Shown in pieces: positions 52,065 to 64,000 of a DNA stretch of 64,000 bases; within the stretch, counting starts at the first letter, position 1; each line of letters starts with the position of its first letter. The stretch is from Camelus dromedarius (taxonomy: Eukaryota), in assembly GCF_036321535.1 (NCBI RefSeq), contig NC_087437.1:98334001-98398000 (forward strand), given 5' to 3'. The notes under the pieces are model-generated. The model searched no databases, was not told the DNA's origin, and was given only the letters and a program-made list of their open reading frames with translations. A program made the translations under genes and the position numbers.

Positions 52065-53140
52065 CTTCCCTATGTATTCAATAAATATTGAGTCAATAAA
52101 TGTGTATGAGCTCCTTCTAGATGTCCAGCCTTTTTTAAACCACTTTATCAAGGTAGTATTTATACACAAAAATAACTGTATATGTGTAACATATACAAAC
52201 AACTTGATCAGCTTGGAAGTAAGTATACACTTATGAAACCATCACCATAATCAATGTCATAAACACATACATCACCTTCAAAAATTGCCTCCTGCCCCTT
52301 CATTTTTTATGTGATAGGAACATTGAACGTAAGATTTATCTCTTAGCAAATTTTTAAGTGCAAAGTATAATTGCTAACTATAGGTATTATGCTGTACAGT
52401 AGATCTCTAGGATTTATTCATCTTGAATAACTGAAAGTTTGTACTTTTTGACTAACAGCTCTCTGCTTCCCCCTCCTCCCACTTCCTTGTAACCACCATT
52501 CTACTCTCTGCTTCCATGAGTTTGGTTCTTTTAGATTCCTTATATAAGTGCAATCATGTAGTATTTGTTCTGTAACTCGCTTATTTCATTTAGGATAATG
52601 TCCTCTAAGTTCATCCATGTTGTCCAAATGACAGAATTTCTTTCTTTTTTAAGGTTGAATAATATTCCATTGCATAGACATACCACCTTTTCTTTATCCA
52701 TTCATCTGTTAATGGACATGTGAGCTGCTTCAAGTCTTGGCTATTGGAAATAATGCTGCAAAGAACGTAAGCATCTCCTCAAAATCCTGATTTTAATTTC
52801 TCTGGATATATACTTAGAAGTAAGGTTTCCGGATCACATCATAGTTTTATTTTTAAGTTTTTGAGGAATCTTTATACTGTTTTCCATAGTGACTATACCA
52901 ACTGATGCCCAGAATTATTCTAGGTTCTTTCAGACATACCAATGATGAAAACAACAGAGAGCTTTCATTTTAGAAGGGGAAAATAATCAATAAACAATCA
53001 ATAATACAAAAAATTCAGAGTGTTTTAAAGGTGATAAGTGCTATGGAAAAAGAAAAGAGAGCAGCCTAAGAGGAAGGAGAGAGGAGATGTCCACTTTGTG
53101 CGGAGCGGTCACCAGCACAGGCCTCATCGAGAAGATGCCA
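52065..53140 (-). mobile_element. L2 3' end split by an L1MA insertion (parts about 52065-52128 and 52904-53140)
   Basis: 'tcaataaatgtgtatgagctccttctagatgtccag' continues as 'gatgcccagaattattctagg...gagctttcattttagaagggg...ggtgataagtgctatggaaaaa'. Confidence 0.7.
52129..52903 (-). mobile_element. L1MA (L1MA8/9-like) 3' end
   Basis: 'gaaaccatcaccataatcaa...atgctgtacagtagatctctag...aaccaccattctactctctgcttc...gttcatccatgttgt...ttgaggaatctttatactgttttccatagtg'. Flanked by gatgtccag / gatgcccag (probable TSD). Confidence 0.92.
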
Positions 53141-53364
53141 TTGCTTTATCAGCTAATGCAAGAACTTCAGTTTTACTGCAACTGAGGTGAAGACTTTTAA
53201 GCACAGGAATGATTTTCTTTTTTTTTTTAATAGCCAATAACATGTACTATTATAACTGGGTGTCAAGTATAGTTGACTTCATTTAAAAGGGAGGAAGGAG
53301 TACTATTAAAAAATGTGTTGGTGGGGATGGTTATAAAACAGCTACCTCACATCAGAAACCCAAA

Positions 53365-53550
53365 ATAACAGCTAACACATGCAATCGTGGCCAGTGTTGT
53401 TTAATGCACTTTACTCCTCGTGACAACCCTTCATATGTGACCATTTTCACAGGTCAGCAGTTCCTTATCCATATTCGAATTCTGAACACTAAAAGTTTAA
53501 AGCAAGCCAAACTGGTAGCAAAATTTGACCCAAGTTCCTGTGAGACAGCT
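53365..53550 (-). mobile_element. MIR SINE, degraded
   Basis: 'ataacagctaacac...tactcctcgtgacaaccct...ccattttcacagg...aaatttgacccaagt'. Confidence 0.55.
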
Positions 53551-54116
53551 TATAGTTTTAGATTCATCTCACTTGGCAAATATATACATGCAGAAATATT
53601 AACCCACAAAATCTAGGTAACCTTTAAATATCCTAATTAATGAAAAGTCATTGGTACATTTATATGTATACATACAATCTTTTTTTTAACTGCCCTATTT
53701 TATTCAGGAGATAGTAGAGTTACATCATATGTCAATTTGCCACACTAAAATTAAACCAGCCATGCTTTAAAAAAAAAAGAGGAAAAAATAAAGTAAAATT
53801 CTGTCTAGCATATAACCTAGAGGAAAATGGACAATGTGAATCTGTTGTTACAGATCTGATTTTACAGTTTAAAGATGTGTATTTTTCATACAAATGCCCC
53901 CTCAACACTGGACAATTGCTTTATCTGGTGTTCAACCAAAAAAAAAATGTTATTTATTCCAACACTGAAGGACAAATGGGCTGTTTGAGACCTACTGAAA
54001 CATACTATATTAGCATCTGCATGGCATCTTTCTATTGAATTTTTAAGGATAATTTTAACTAGATATGAATTTGACTAAAGCACTGTCTTTTAAAAACCCA
54101 AGATATAACTCTATAA

Positions 54117-54429
54117 CTATGCCATCTAAAACAGTAACCACTAGATACATGTTGCAACTGAAGCCTTAAAAACTGACTAATCTAAACTGCAATGGGCTAG
54201 AAATATGTGAAAATATACGCTGAATTAAAAAAAATTTAGTATGAGAAAAAGAATATAAAATATCTCATAATTTTATACCAATTAAGCAATGGAACAGTAT
54301 TTTGCAGATATTGTGATAAATAAAATATTTTATTAGCTTCACCTGTTCCTTTTTCCCTTTTTAATGTGACTACTAGAAAATTTAAAATTACACATGTAGC
54401 TTACATTATACTGCCACTGAACAGCTCTG
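54117..54429 (+). mobile_element. MER33 (hAT-Charlie)
   Basis: 'cagtaaccactagatacatgt...ttagtatgagaaaaagaatataaaatatctcat...ttcacctgttcc...aatgtgactactagaaaatttaaaattacacatgtagct...gaacagctctg'. Flanks 'ctctataa'/'ctctgtat' resemble an 8-bp hAT TSD. Confidence 0.85.
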
Positions 54430-54959
54430 CTCTGTATAAAATTTCCCAAGTACTTATGTTCTAGAATGAATAATTTTACTTTAAATCACCAAATAGATTA
54501 ATACAAACACAGATAAAGGTAGTAAGAAACATTTAACAGATGTGCAGAAGTACTATTTTTGTTACTCAAGTGTCTCCATGACTTTAGATATCCAAAGAGG
54601 TAACCAAAAATTCAACAATAAAGTAAAAGCCTTCATTATATGATAAGTCTAACTTGTTTTAAAATCCATTTTCAGTACTTCCTTAGTCATAAAGATGTAT
54701 AAGAGGGTTCTGTGTCCTTTTTCCTTCACTCAGGTTAGAACAGATCTAAGTTTCATGAACCAAATACATATCATAGTGGAATCAGAAAACAGGCAACTTA
54801 ACTTTAACAGATGGTAAAACTTCAGAACTCCTAAAAAAACAACTCTAGAGTTTACATAAAGCTGGAGAAAAACAAGTCTATTCCATAATAAAAAACTATC
54901 AGTAGTAAAAGATACACTGATTGACATTTCCTAAATAGCTTTAAAAGCACTCCCAGGAT

Positions 54960-55515
54960 CTATTACTCTAAAGTTACACATATATACTCCACCACATAGC
55001 AGTTCCGCTCCTGTGCGTATATCAGAAATGAATGATTATTTCTACCAAACGACAGAAAGAAGTTCAGAGTAGCCTTATTTTAGCCCCAAACTGGAAAGAT
55101 ATTCAGTGTACACTTACAGCAGAAAGGCTACATGATGGTATAATCATACAGTGGAATATACACAATGGGGTAGGGGGTGGGGGGATTAATACACAAATGG
55201 ATGACTCAAAGACATAATGGTAATTCAAAAATCAGACATGAAGAGAGTTCAAATTACATGATTCTAATAGTATTAAGTTCAAAAACAGGCACAAGTAATC
55301 CAAGGTAAAAGATGCTAAAGATTGGTTTCTGTTGGGTAGAAGCAGTACTGACCAGGGAAGACACCAATGAATGTTCTGGGCTAGGCTGTAGTTAGGCAGG
55401 AGTAGGGTAAGCTTAAGTTAATAAACCAAACAAACAAACAAACAAAAAGACCTCTGAACTAGCAAATAAGAGTGCCAATTTGACTATATGAAGTTTGACT
55501 TCAAAAAAGTGAGTT
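54960..55515 (+). mobile_element. Degraded L1ME-type 3' end
   Basis: 'tagcagttccgctcct...tagccccaaactggaaa...ggtataatcatacagtggaata...aagttcaaaaacaggca'. Confidence 0.7.
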
Positions 55516-58149
55516 TTTAAAAATATGTGATTTTTTAAAAAAGGGTCTGATACATGAGTTATTTTCAAAAGAATTACTTAAAACCAATTCCTATTCAAAA
55601 TTTACCCAAGAATTTCTTCACACTTAAACTTCTTTGCAGTTTCTTATTAATAAAAATAATAACCAGTTCAACTCTAGTCAACCTACTCTTAATTTTGAGA
55701 TTACATGATAAACTTTCATAAACTGATAATTCACAATGGCTTCAAAAAGTGTAACAATCCCCTCTATAACTAATAGTTATACACTATTTGAATGTTTGTA
55801 TCTTTAAATTTGTAATCACAGTAGTTAATTCTTAACTTCAATTTTAAAAGATAACTTTAAATTCCACAAAATTCAGGATCATATCCTTTCTTTCACTGAT
55901 AAAGTATACGTAAAAATTAAAATTAGTATTTGGGAGTTTATATAAAAGTTATTTTACAGTCCTAATTTGTTTATTTAAATTTGTTATTTGCTTTTACCCT
56001 TCCGCTCACAAATGACAGGAAGAGGGAGAAAATGCTGTTTTGCTAATAGTGAATAACCCTGAACAGAGAGAGTTTAATATAATGTGCTGTGGAAACAGAA
56101 AAGACTATATTCACCCAATCATAGTGTTTGACAGGGGATTATTTAAGAAAATTTGTAAAACTGATTTTTGTGTTATTTCACGTGAATACAAATTATGACT
56201 CTCTAGTTAACAGAGTAATATGCATTCAAAGAAGCTGACCTATTCACTACAACTTTCACAAATACATTATCTTACTAAATGCATGTAGGCATCCTTCCTT
56301 CATCTGTTTCTATTCCTAGCAGGACAGCTGGCAAGTTTTTTAAAAGACAAACACAAGACTGATGGGAGGCATAAAGATGGACACAAGAAGGTAGATATGG
56401 CTGAAGTGGACTGTGTTCACCACTGACTCTTGCCAAAATTGGCTTGTGTATCCATGTGGGGTCTTGGGGTTGTAAAGAACAAAAATACAAAGCAGGTAAG
56501 TTTCTCAACTGATGATCTCAATAGCCTTCCTTCCTAGTAATATATCACGTGTACTGCAGGAATACATTACAGGTACTGCAGACTCGTGGCCTACAAGCAG
56601 ATGAATTATTATGCTGCACCAGTCTAGACACGTGATGATGCAGAGATGGATGTTCAAAGGCAGAGTCAGGTGACCTCGCTGAGTATGTCCATGGACCCTG
56701 ATGAAAGACTTCATGCAAATACAGATGCTAGCTGGTCCCTACACCAGAAGGCAGAATTATCACAGGCAAGAAGAACTTTAAGACTGCCTAAATGTTTAAT
56801 GTATATTTCACAAAGTCTTCGATAAACAGAAGCTTTTTATAACTCATTTTCAAATCAAAACATTCTTTAAAATAGTACTATACTGAAAAGGTAAAAATGT
56901 AAATATCTCAGATGTTTAAAAAAAGGGCAAAATTGGTTCCATCTAAACCAGATTTCTTTTACTTATACAAAATTCAGAATTTACCAACACTGAAATATAC
57001 CCCTCTCCTCTGTTACAATGTCAAACAACTAGTTTATCAACATCAAAAACTTAAGAAAAATAAACAACTAAATCTGGCATAATATTCTTTCTTTCCTATA
57101 ACAGGAAAGGCTTAACTACTTTAAAAAGTGGAACAAGGAGACAAAATACAATACCTTCTGAATGTGTCTCTTCCAAATGGTAAAATAAGGGGTCCTGAGA
57201 ACAGAGTTCTTAAATCCAAACACTCTCTGAAAATTAAGAGAAATAAGTGTTACTTCAAGTGCATCTTATCGCAAAGAATTTCAATAGCATATTTTACAAT
57301 GAAATCTTAACTACTGACTGAGATAAACCATCTGAAAAATGACAAAAAAGATGTACTGCAAGTAAAAATATTCTTAATTTTATATGTTTCCCTTGGGCAT
57401 AGCTGTTGAGCACATCTGACGAAAAATATGCATTATAAAATTATTTACCAAAATACACTGCCTATCGGTCTTCACACCAATTCTCAAGTATGTGAGTAAT
57501 GTGAATGACAAAGAGGAATTCTGATCAAGAAAAAGTATTATAATTATTCAATAATCAACACTAGAGTCGGAACACCTAATTTTTTTTCTAGACCATTAGA
57601 AACAAAAGATGTTAAACTCGGAATCAGAACTTTCCTAGATACAAGATGACATCAACATGTGGGAAAGTTTATACTTTTAAGAACAAAAAAGAGTAGGTGA
57701 AAAAGTTTTTGGCCAGCAAGAGACATAGTGGAGACTTTAATTCTGTGGTGGCTGAGGAAAGTGCGTGCTGATCAACAGGCCGGTGGGCAGTGAGACTGGC
57801 TGGTGATAAAGAAGGTCAGGAGCAAACTCGAGATCCCCTCATAGCCACAGTCAATTCCTATCATTCCCATCAGCCACCACATTTACACCTGCTTTACACT
57901 TCTAGAATTCGCAACTCCTGTCTCATAGCCTGTGATCAGTTCTCAAGGATTATAGCTTAGCCCCAAATAAATCCATAAACCTGAACTTTAAACTCGCCAA
58001 ATAAAGTATTTTTCATTATCACTTCATTTAGCCAGTGCCCTTTAGTCTCCTTAAAGCCATACACAGATTACAAATTACTTTGAGCAATGCTTCCTTAACA
58101 TCCTAGGGAAGCAGGCCCTTCAACCACCGTCCTTTCCCCTGCTCCCTGC

Positions 58150-58258
58150 TGCTATCCCTGTGACTGGGGGTCCTCTATTCATCCCTGAATACCGAGCACC
58201 TAGCATGGAGCAAGGCAGAGAGCTGATGCTGAGAAAAATCTATGAATCAATGAATCGG
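58150..58258 (+). mobile_element. L2 extreme 3' end
   Basis: 'tattcatccctgaataccgagcacctagcatggag...aaatctatgaatcaatgaat'. Confidence 0.65.
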
Positions 58259-61200
58259 AGAGACTTTATCAACTGATATACCACGCTGAAGTAAAAAAAA
58301 AAAAATGCGAGCAAGGGAAAGAAGGCAGTTAGTTACATGAGCCACTACAGTGAAGAATACTTGTTTTCTTTAATTTCATACGTCATACACACACACTTAA
58401 TTCTCATTCTCTCTCCCTCTCCCCCTCAGTTCTTCATCAGCAAGATTCTCCTGGTATCTATGGCAATACCCTCCCAAATCCTTCAGGCCACCAGCTCTGC
58501 TGGGTGGTAGGCCTCCTTTCTGCCCAAGAACTGGGACTCCAATCCTGCTGTCTGAGGTCCTGAACCTAGTGGCATGGTCATTGAACATTAACACAAATCC
58601 TCTAAGCACAAACACCAGCAGCTCCTAAGCTACCCTCCATCAGCAGCAGGGAATGTCATCCACAAGTGTAAGTCAAAGATACCTAGAATCATAACTAAAG
58701 GCAGAATGTTCCCAAAATTTTAGAAGTAGACAGAAGGCATCGCCTTAAAATAGAAAAACAAAACAAACAAACAAAAAAACCCTGAGGAGACCTCCTAGTG
58801 ATTTAAAAAAAAAAAAGCATTATCATTTCCTATTAGGACACTACTTTTTCAGCAGCTAAATAAAAACATTACCAAATCATTTTATGCAATAAAATTTAAC
58901 CTTACTTTGACCTTCCTCATAAAGCAAACAAACCTCTCTAGCCAATAAGGTTCCATCTGAACTATGTTAAGATGGTAAGCAATACCTTAATTACATTCAT
59001 TTACACGACTCTGAAACTATTCTGGGCTGAAGTCACTGACTGCAAGGTCACAGAATACAAAAAAGTAGAATGTACGCAATTTATCAAGGAGCAATGATGC
59101 ACTAGACGGTGGGCTAGACCTTCTCCCTCCCTCATTAGAAGACACCAAATGCTTAATGCAATCAACAGGTGCAGGCGTCTCTAACATCTGTCTGAAATAT
59201 ATCACACATACACACACGTTTATAAATATACATATAAAATATAATAAGAATATGTATTTGAGTAAGTCCACCATATATTATGGTTTTCTTATTAAAACCA
59301 ACCTGCCTGAATAGAAACCAAGGACAATTCTATGCTTAACAGCATTTAAAATCAAAACATGAAACAGGGCAATTTTTTTTCACTATCTCATAAAAATTGC
59401 TAACAACTAAAATTCAGATTATAAAGCTATAACAATTTTTAGGACAAGATTTGCAAACACAGGATGCTAAGCATATAAAGAGTTTCTGTGTTCATTTTTC
59501 AAAACTTAAGCATATATTTAACTAATTTGTTTAGAGGAGCAGACTTCTACATGTCTCAAAGCCAATAATACCACATTAGTAGAAGAAATACAACTGACAG
59601 AAATTGACTACCATAAATTACAAGGGACAATGTGTATTATTCAAAACCTCAGAATATATCAAAACACACAAAAACAAGTTAACCATACAAAACATTTTCC
59701 TTTAGTAAAATTCTAACACAACTAGATATTATTGGCACTTGAATTTACTGGAGAAAAGAGAAAGGAACTAAAAGGATAGGATTGAGGGAACTTTAAAAAT
59801 CTTTATAATATTAGTACAAATGTAGAGCGTCAAATATTTGTTTTAGGTTTAATATAACATCACCAGGACATCCATTTAAGGAGTTTTTGTCCATTAAATT
59901 AGGTAACTCTCCCACATTTAATTTCCTACCAAAGCACTTTTATACTGCTCAAACCAAACTTTCCCATTTAAAAATGATTTAGTGAAAGAGAAGCAATGAA
60001 ACTATAAAATTTATGCTTCTTCACCTTCTCTCTCTACATAGAAGGGCAAGACTCCTTTCATGTAAATCTGTATTAGAAGCAAATCATTTCATTGTGCTGC
60101 TCCACAAAGAACACAAGGATGAACACATATTTATTTAAGAACTATATTCCTAAATAATCTCCAGTACCTTGATGTCACTCTGTCCTTTTTAAATGAGAAA
60201 TAAAATATCTCAATTTCTCTCGATAAATTAGGAAAATTCACTTTGGAATAGCTTAGTAGTAAAATGCATACATCGATTTTAAAAAGTACTAGTACTATTA
60301 TGAGCCACATCTAACTTTCAGTGACCATATCTTCCTTAGATATTTTAATTTTCTTTCTATAAGAAGCAATTCAGGGTATAACATGATACATATAATCTGT
60401 CTAACTATGTAATGAGCAATTTATGGTTTACACATTTGACAAGGATAAGAGCGCTGGGGCCAATCAGCATCTTATAGCATTGTTTCCAGTGTTCTTGGTC
60501 ACATTTTTATTTGATTTCAAATCTCAGGCTCACGATAATTTTCTGATAATATGATAACGTACTGTTATTCCTCAAACACCTCTCTCTGTCCACTGAAAAG
60601 ACTGAATGCTTTATGTTCCCAAAGCTCATTAATTATGATCATAATACCTAAAGTTCAATTTCATATACATAAAACTAGGATCTTCCTTTCCTTGGATCTC
60701 AGAATATGTTAAAACCATTTTTTATAACCACAACTTAGCCTTTGTGTACCTTTAAATGAGCTACAACCTTGAACTGAAAATGAACTATATTAACGGCATC
60801 ACTCTCACAGCTCTCAAAGTTGAGGAAACAAGTCCAAATTTAGGTTCGAACACACTTCATGTTATCAGCACACATCAACCTCAGGTGACCAGGGTAAATC
60901 CTACCCATGAAGCAAGTGTGCACGGGTGATTGTACTCCTCTTTCCAACTCTCTTTCTTTTTCTCTTTCCTCTCCCTAGGTGGTCCATGAACAGAAAATTA
61001 CACTTTTTAAATATATATAATGAAATGGAAGTCAACGATCCTAAATAAAGAAACTTACCAATTATGAACATAAAATTAAATCACTGGACTGACAGGGCTG
61101 CTCAGATAACACTCAGCGAAGAACAATGTGACTCAAACCATAAGGAACAGACCGAAAGCACTCAGTAAGATCAAGTGTAGCTAGAGGAGACCCTCTCTCC

Positions 61201-61859
61201 ACTTGAGACACCTGCTACAGAATATGTTCATTGACAGTTCCGTCTAGGAAATATGTTTCTTCCTCTCTCACCTGTTCCCCCACCCAGATGCATTCAACTC
61301 CATAAACAGCAGTTATCCCCCATTATAAAACACTTGACGGTTAAAACAATGAACCAACGAAGAAAGTACAATATGCTCTAACTGACATTTACTGCACTGG
61401 CCTTGGACTTCTAATCTTTACCAGACGGGCACACAAATCAATCCATCAGCTCATAAAGGTGTGCTTTTTTAACCTCTAAAACAGATGGGATTGGCCAGAA
61501 GTGTCTGGCATGTCAAACTGCTAATCACTGCTGCCCTTTGCACAAAATAACCCACTTAAGTTGAGGCATGGTTGCACTGTAACCGACATTAGTCTGTGGG
61601 AAACCCATTTAACTGTCACACACTCCCGCCACTCCTGCTCTCCCTTAATTAAGCCTAATGCCTTATGCTTTGACCTTTTGTTCTAGCCTATTAACCCTAT
61701 CTAGTACAAGTTCAATTATGTTAAACTAAAAACTTTGCTATAAAATATTAAATGCCACGCTCAAAAAATCATAAGGGACATCCTCGCAGCCCTTAGTTCT
61801 ACACACCCTGTTACTCAATGGATGACAGTAACACCTCACTTTTGAAGTGATACTGATTC

Positions 61860-62015
61860 GGACAGAGTCAGGAAGAACCAAAGGATCATTGAGATCCACC
61901 CGCCTTACTTTACAAACTGAGGACAGCAAACATTAAATGCCTCACCCAGGTCATAGCTTCAGCCGAACCACATGGAAACCTATCTGATCTCCAGCTCTGA
62001 TCCTTTTTTCTCCAT
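61860..62015 (-). mobile_element. MIR3-like SINE
   Basis: 'aaaggatcattgagatccacc...tactttacaaactgagga...cacccaggtcatagc...ctgatctccagctc'. Confidence 0.55.
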
Positions 62016-64000
62016 GAGGTCTCTGATTAATAGTTAAACCACCCAGGAGTGTTGTAAGGATACTAATATTTTCACCGCAAATTATCACTTTTCACCACCC
62101 ACTAAAATACACTTCACAAACAGGCCTAAAACCAAATGAATGAACTCAACAGAGTTTTGAGGTAATTTCTCCTTTCTTCCTTCCACGAAAACTTTCTATC
62201 TGCTACTTCTTTTCTTCTTTTTAGAAGTAACAATGGCTACAGAGAACTACTAAATTCTTAAACACTCACAAAACAATATGTACAAATACAATTTTTTTCT
62301 TTACTGATGCTTCTTTTAAGCATTCAATAGAGCAAATGACTTAAGCTACAGAACGCAACTACAACTTGACATTTACCCTCAATGGATGAAGCTGGATATC
62401 TTTAAAAACATCTTCTTTACACCCATACGGAAATGGACTGCTGTTCACATTTACCAGAAATCCACTTCCCAAAAAAACCTTTTTTTAAAATTTACTGTAA
62501 AATAAAATAAAACGTAGTCCAAACTAACATGCTGTCATCACAGGGGTGCTGTGGTTTCAGCATACAGTAATATGTGCTATTATTCCTCTTTCCATTTACT
62601 TCATACCACCAGGACAAATTGTTTCACCACTCCACTGTGACACAGGAAAATAAAGACCAGTAACATCAAACAAAATTTGGATTTCTACCTATGACTCATG
62701 TGAGGAAATTAGATTCTCAAAAGATTTAAAGTCAGATTTTAATTTTAATCTTTTCTGTTGAATGCCCCAAAACCCATTTTTATCTATTTTTGGTTTTAAC
62801 CAATACTACCATTTTTGCTTTAGCAACTTGGAACCTTACAGGTTAAGATAATATGCCATTAAGTGAAACATGTAGTAAATTTCAAAAGAAAGATCGTTTG
62901 AGTTATGCTAAAATGATGAACAACCCCAATGACAGTATTTACTTACTTTTAAGAGGTAAAAATAGAATGTGTACACAGGTTTAAGACTCATAGTGAATAC
63001 GCTTGTGTTATTACAATGGAACCTTCAAAGGAAAGCATCTCTTGGCATCATTAGAAGGAATATACACAAGGATGTATAAAATGCAACATCCGCAGACGGA
63101 TGAGCGGTCAAAGCGAAAACAAACACTGGTAGCAGGAATAACTAGCAGCAAACTAATGAGTCAGAGTCCCATTCACCTTTGTTACTGCAAAGGATATTAA
63201 TCTAAATGAGACATCATGCTTTAATTACAAGAGTCACTCCATGAAAATAGAAATCAAGTCTGAGTCTCAGACACTGAGGAATCCAATGGTGGGAAATTCA
63301 CACTAATGTACAGAATCCATGAATCCTTTAATATACTGACTTGACACTAAAAAACAATGAAAGGAATGGGCAGTTCCGACACTCAGGATCAGCACTGATG
63401 GAAACACAAAGTAGAATATACCACATTAATAGTAAATGTGCCAATTTTCCTACCCTTTTACTTTGGACAGTAGTCTCTTAGCCTGTGTAACTTCTTTTAG
63501 TATGACTTATAAGCAAGTGAATAGAAAAGTATGTGAACCATGAGAGATGTTTTTCCTGTTTACAAAAGACAGCCACTTCCAACCATGCATAAAGTTTAGT
63601 AAAACTTTTTGTCTTCACAAGCAAGAAACTAAGTTAAAGTTATTTTAAGGGCATTTGTTAAATCTCAATGCTGTATATGTATATCTCAGATAATCTACAC
63701 ATTTTCTTTAGCATTTGAAAATTAATTGCTAGTCTAGAAATTTTTGAGCTTCATTTTAAAATAATTTTCTTTTCTGCCTTGGCATTATTGATCTTGTTGA
63801 ACATGATAATGTTCTAACAGTCAGAAAATTCACCTCAAGTGAAGAGCAAATCCTAATTTTAAAAAAATAACAAAAGGACTTCATATACTACTTAAGTCCT
63901 ATAATTTACTAGGTTTTGAATCAAGTCATTCTTGATATCTTCTAACTTTTCAGATGACTGAACGCCAGAATTAATGCTAGACATGAGATTCTGAGATGCC

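Noticed and set aside
18038..54429. Inverted pair of MER33 copies as a long-range RNA duplex
   Set aside because: 36 kb apart and each heavily diverged. MER33 is common, so an inverted pair is unremarkable.
530..63200. All ORFs in the supplied six-frame track (60-149 aa)
   Set aside because: Short, many start at non-ATG codons, none resembles a protein family I recognise, and many fall inside L1/L2/LTR/MIR remnants. This is expected noise in mammalian intronic DNA.
1..64000. CRISPR arrays, operons, rRNA or prokaryote-type defence systems
   Set aside because: No repeat-spacer periodicity, no long ORFs and no rRNA motifs. The repeat content shows the DNA is mammalian.

Overview
AT-rich mammalian DNA with no CpG island and no supportable protein-coding exon. 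The tRNA-Ala-derived SINEs and young L1 3' ends look camelid (camel/alpaca-type), recognised from memory. The window reads as the interior of large introns of a minus-strand gene. The best exon candidate is a non-coding 94/114-nt exon at 5468/5488-5581 with two tandem GTAAGT donors. I cannot name the host gene from the sequence. Most recognisable features are repeats: MIR, L2, old and young L1, an MLT1A-type LTR, Tigger2, MER33, a Charlie-type hAT element and two camelid SINEs, several of them nested. Repeat-free, motif-dense blocks (about 23.3-23.7, 24.9-25.35, 26.85-27.05 and 61.4-61.7 kb) look like enhancers. The most unusual structure is a 193-bp inverted repeat at 45015-45207 with a perfect 55-bp inner stem and diverged outer arms. 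I found no evidence of a novel multi-gene system. Repeat family names are by eye from remembered consensus features, not from a search, and boundaries of old repeats are approximate.
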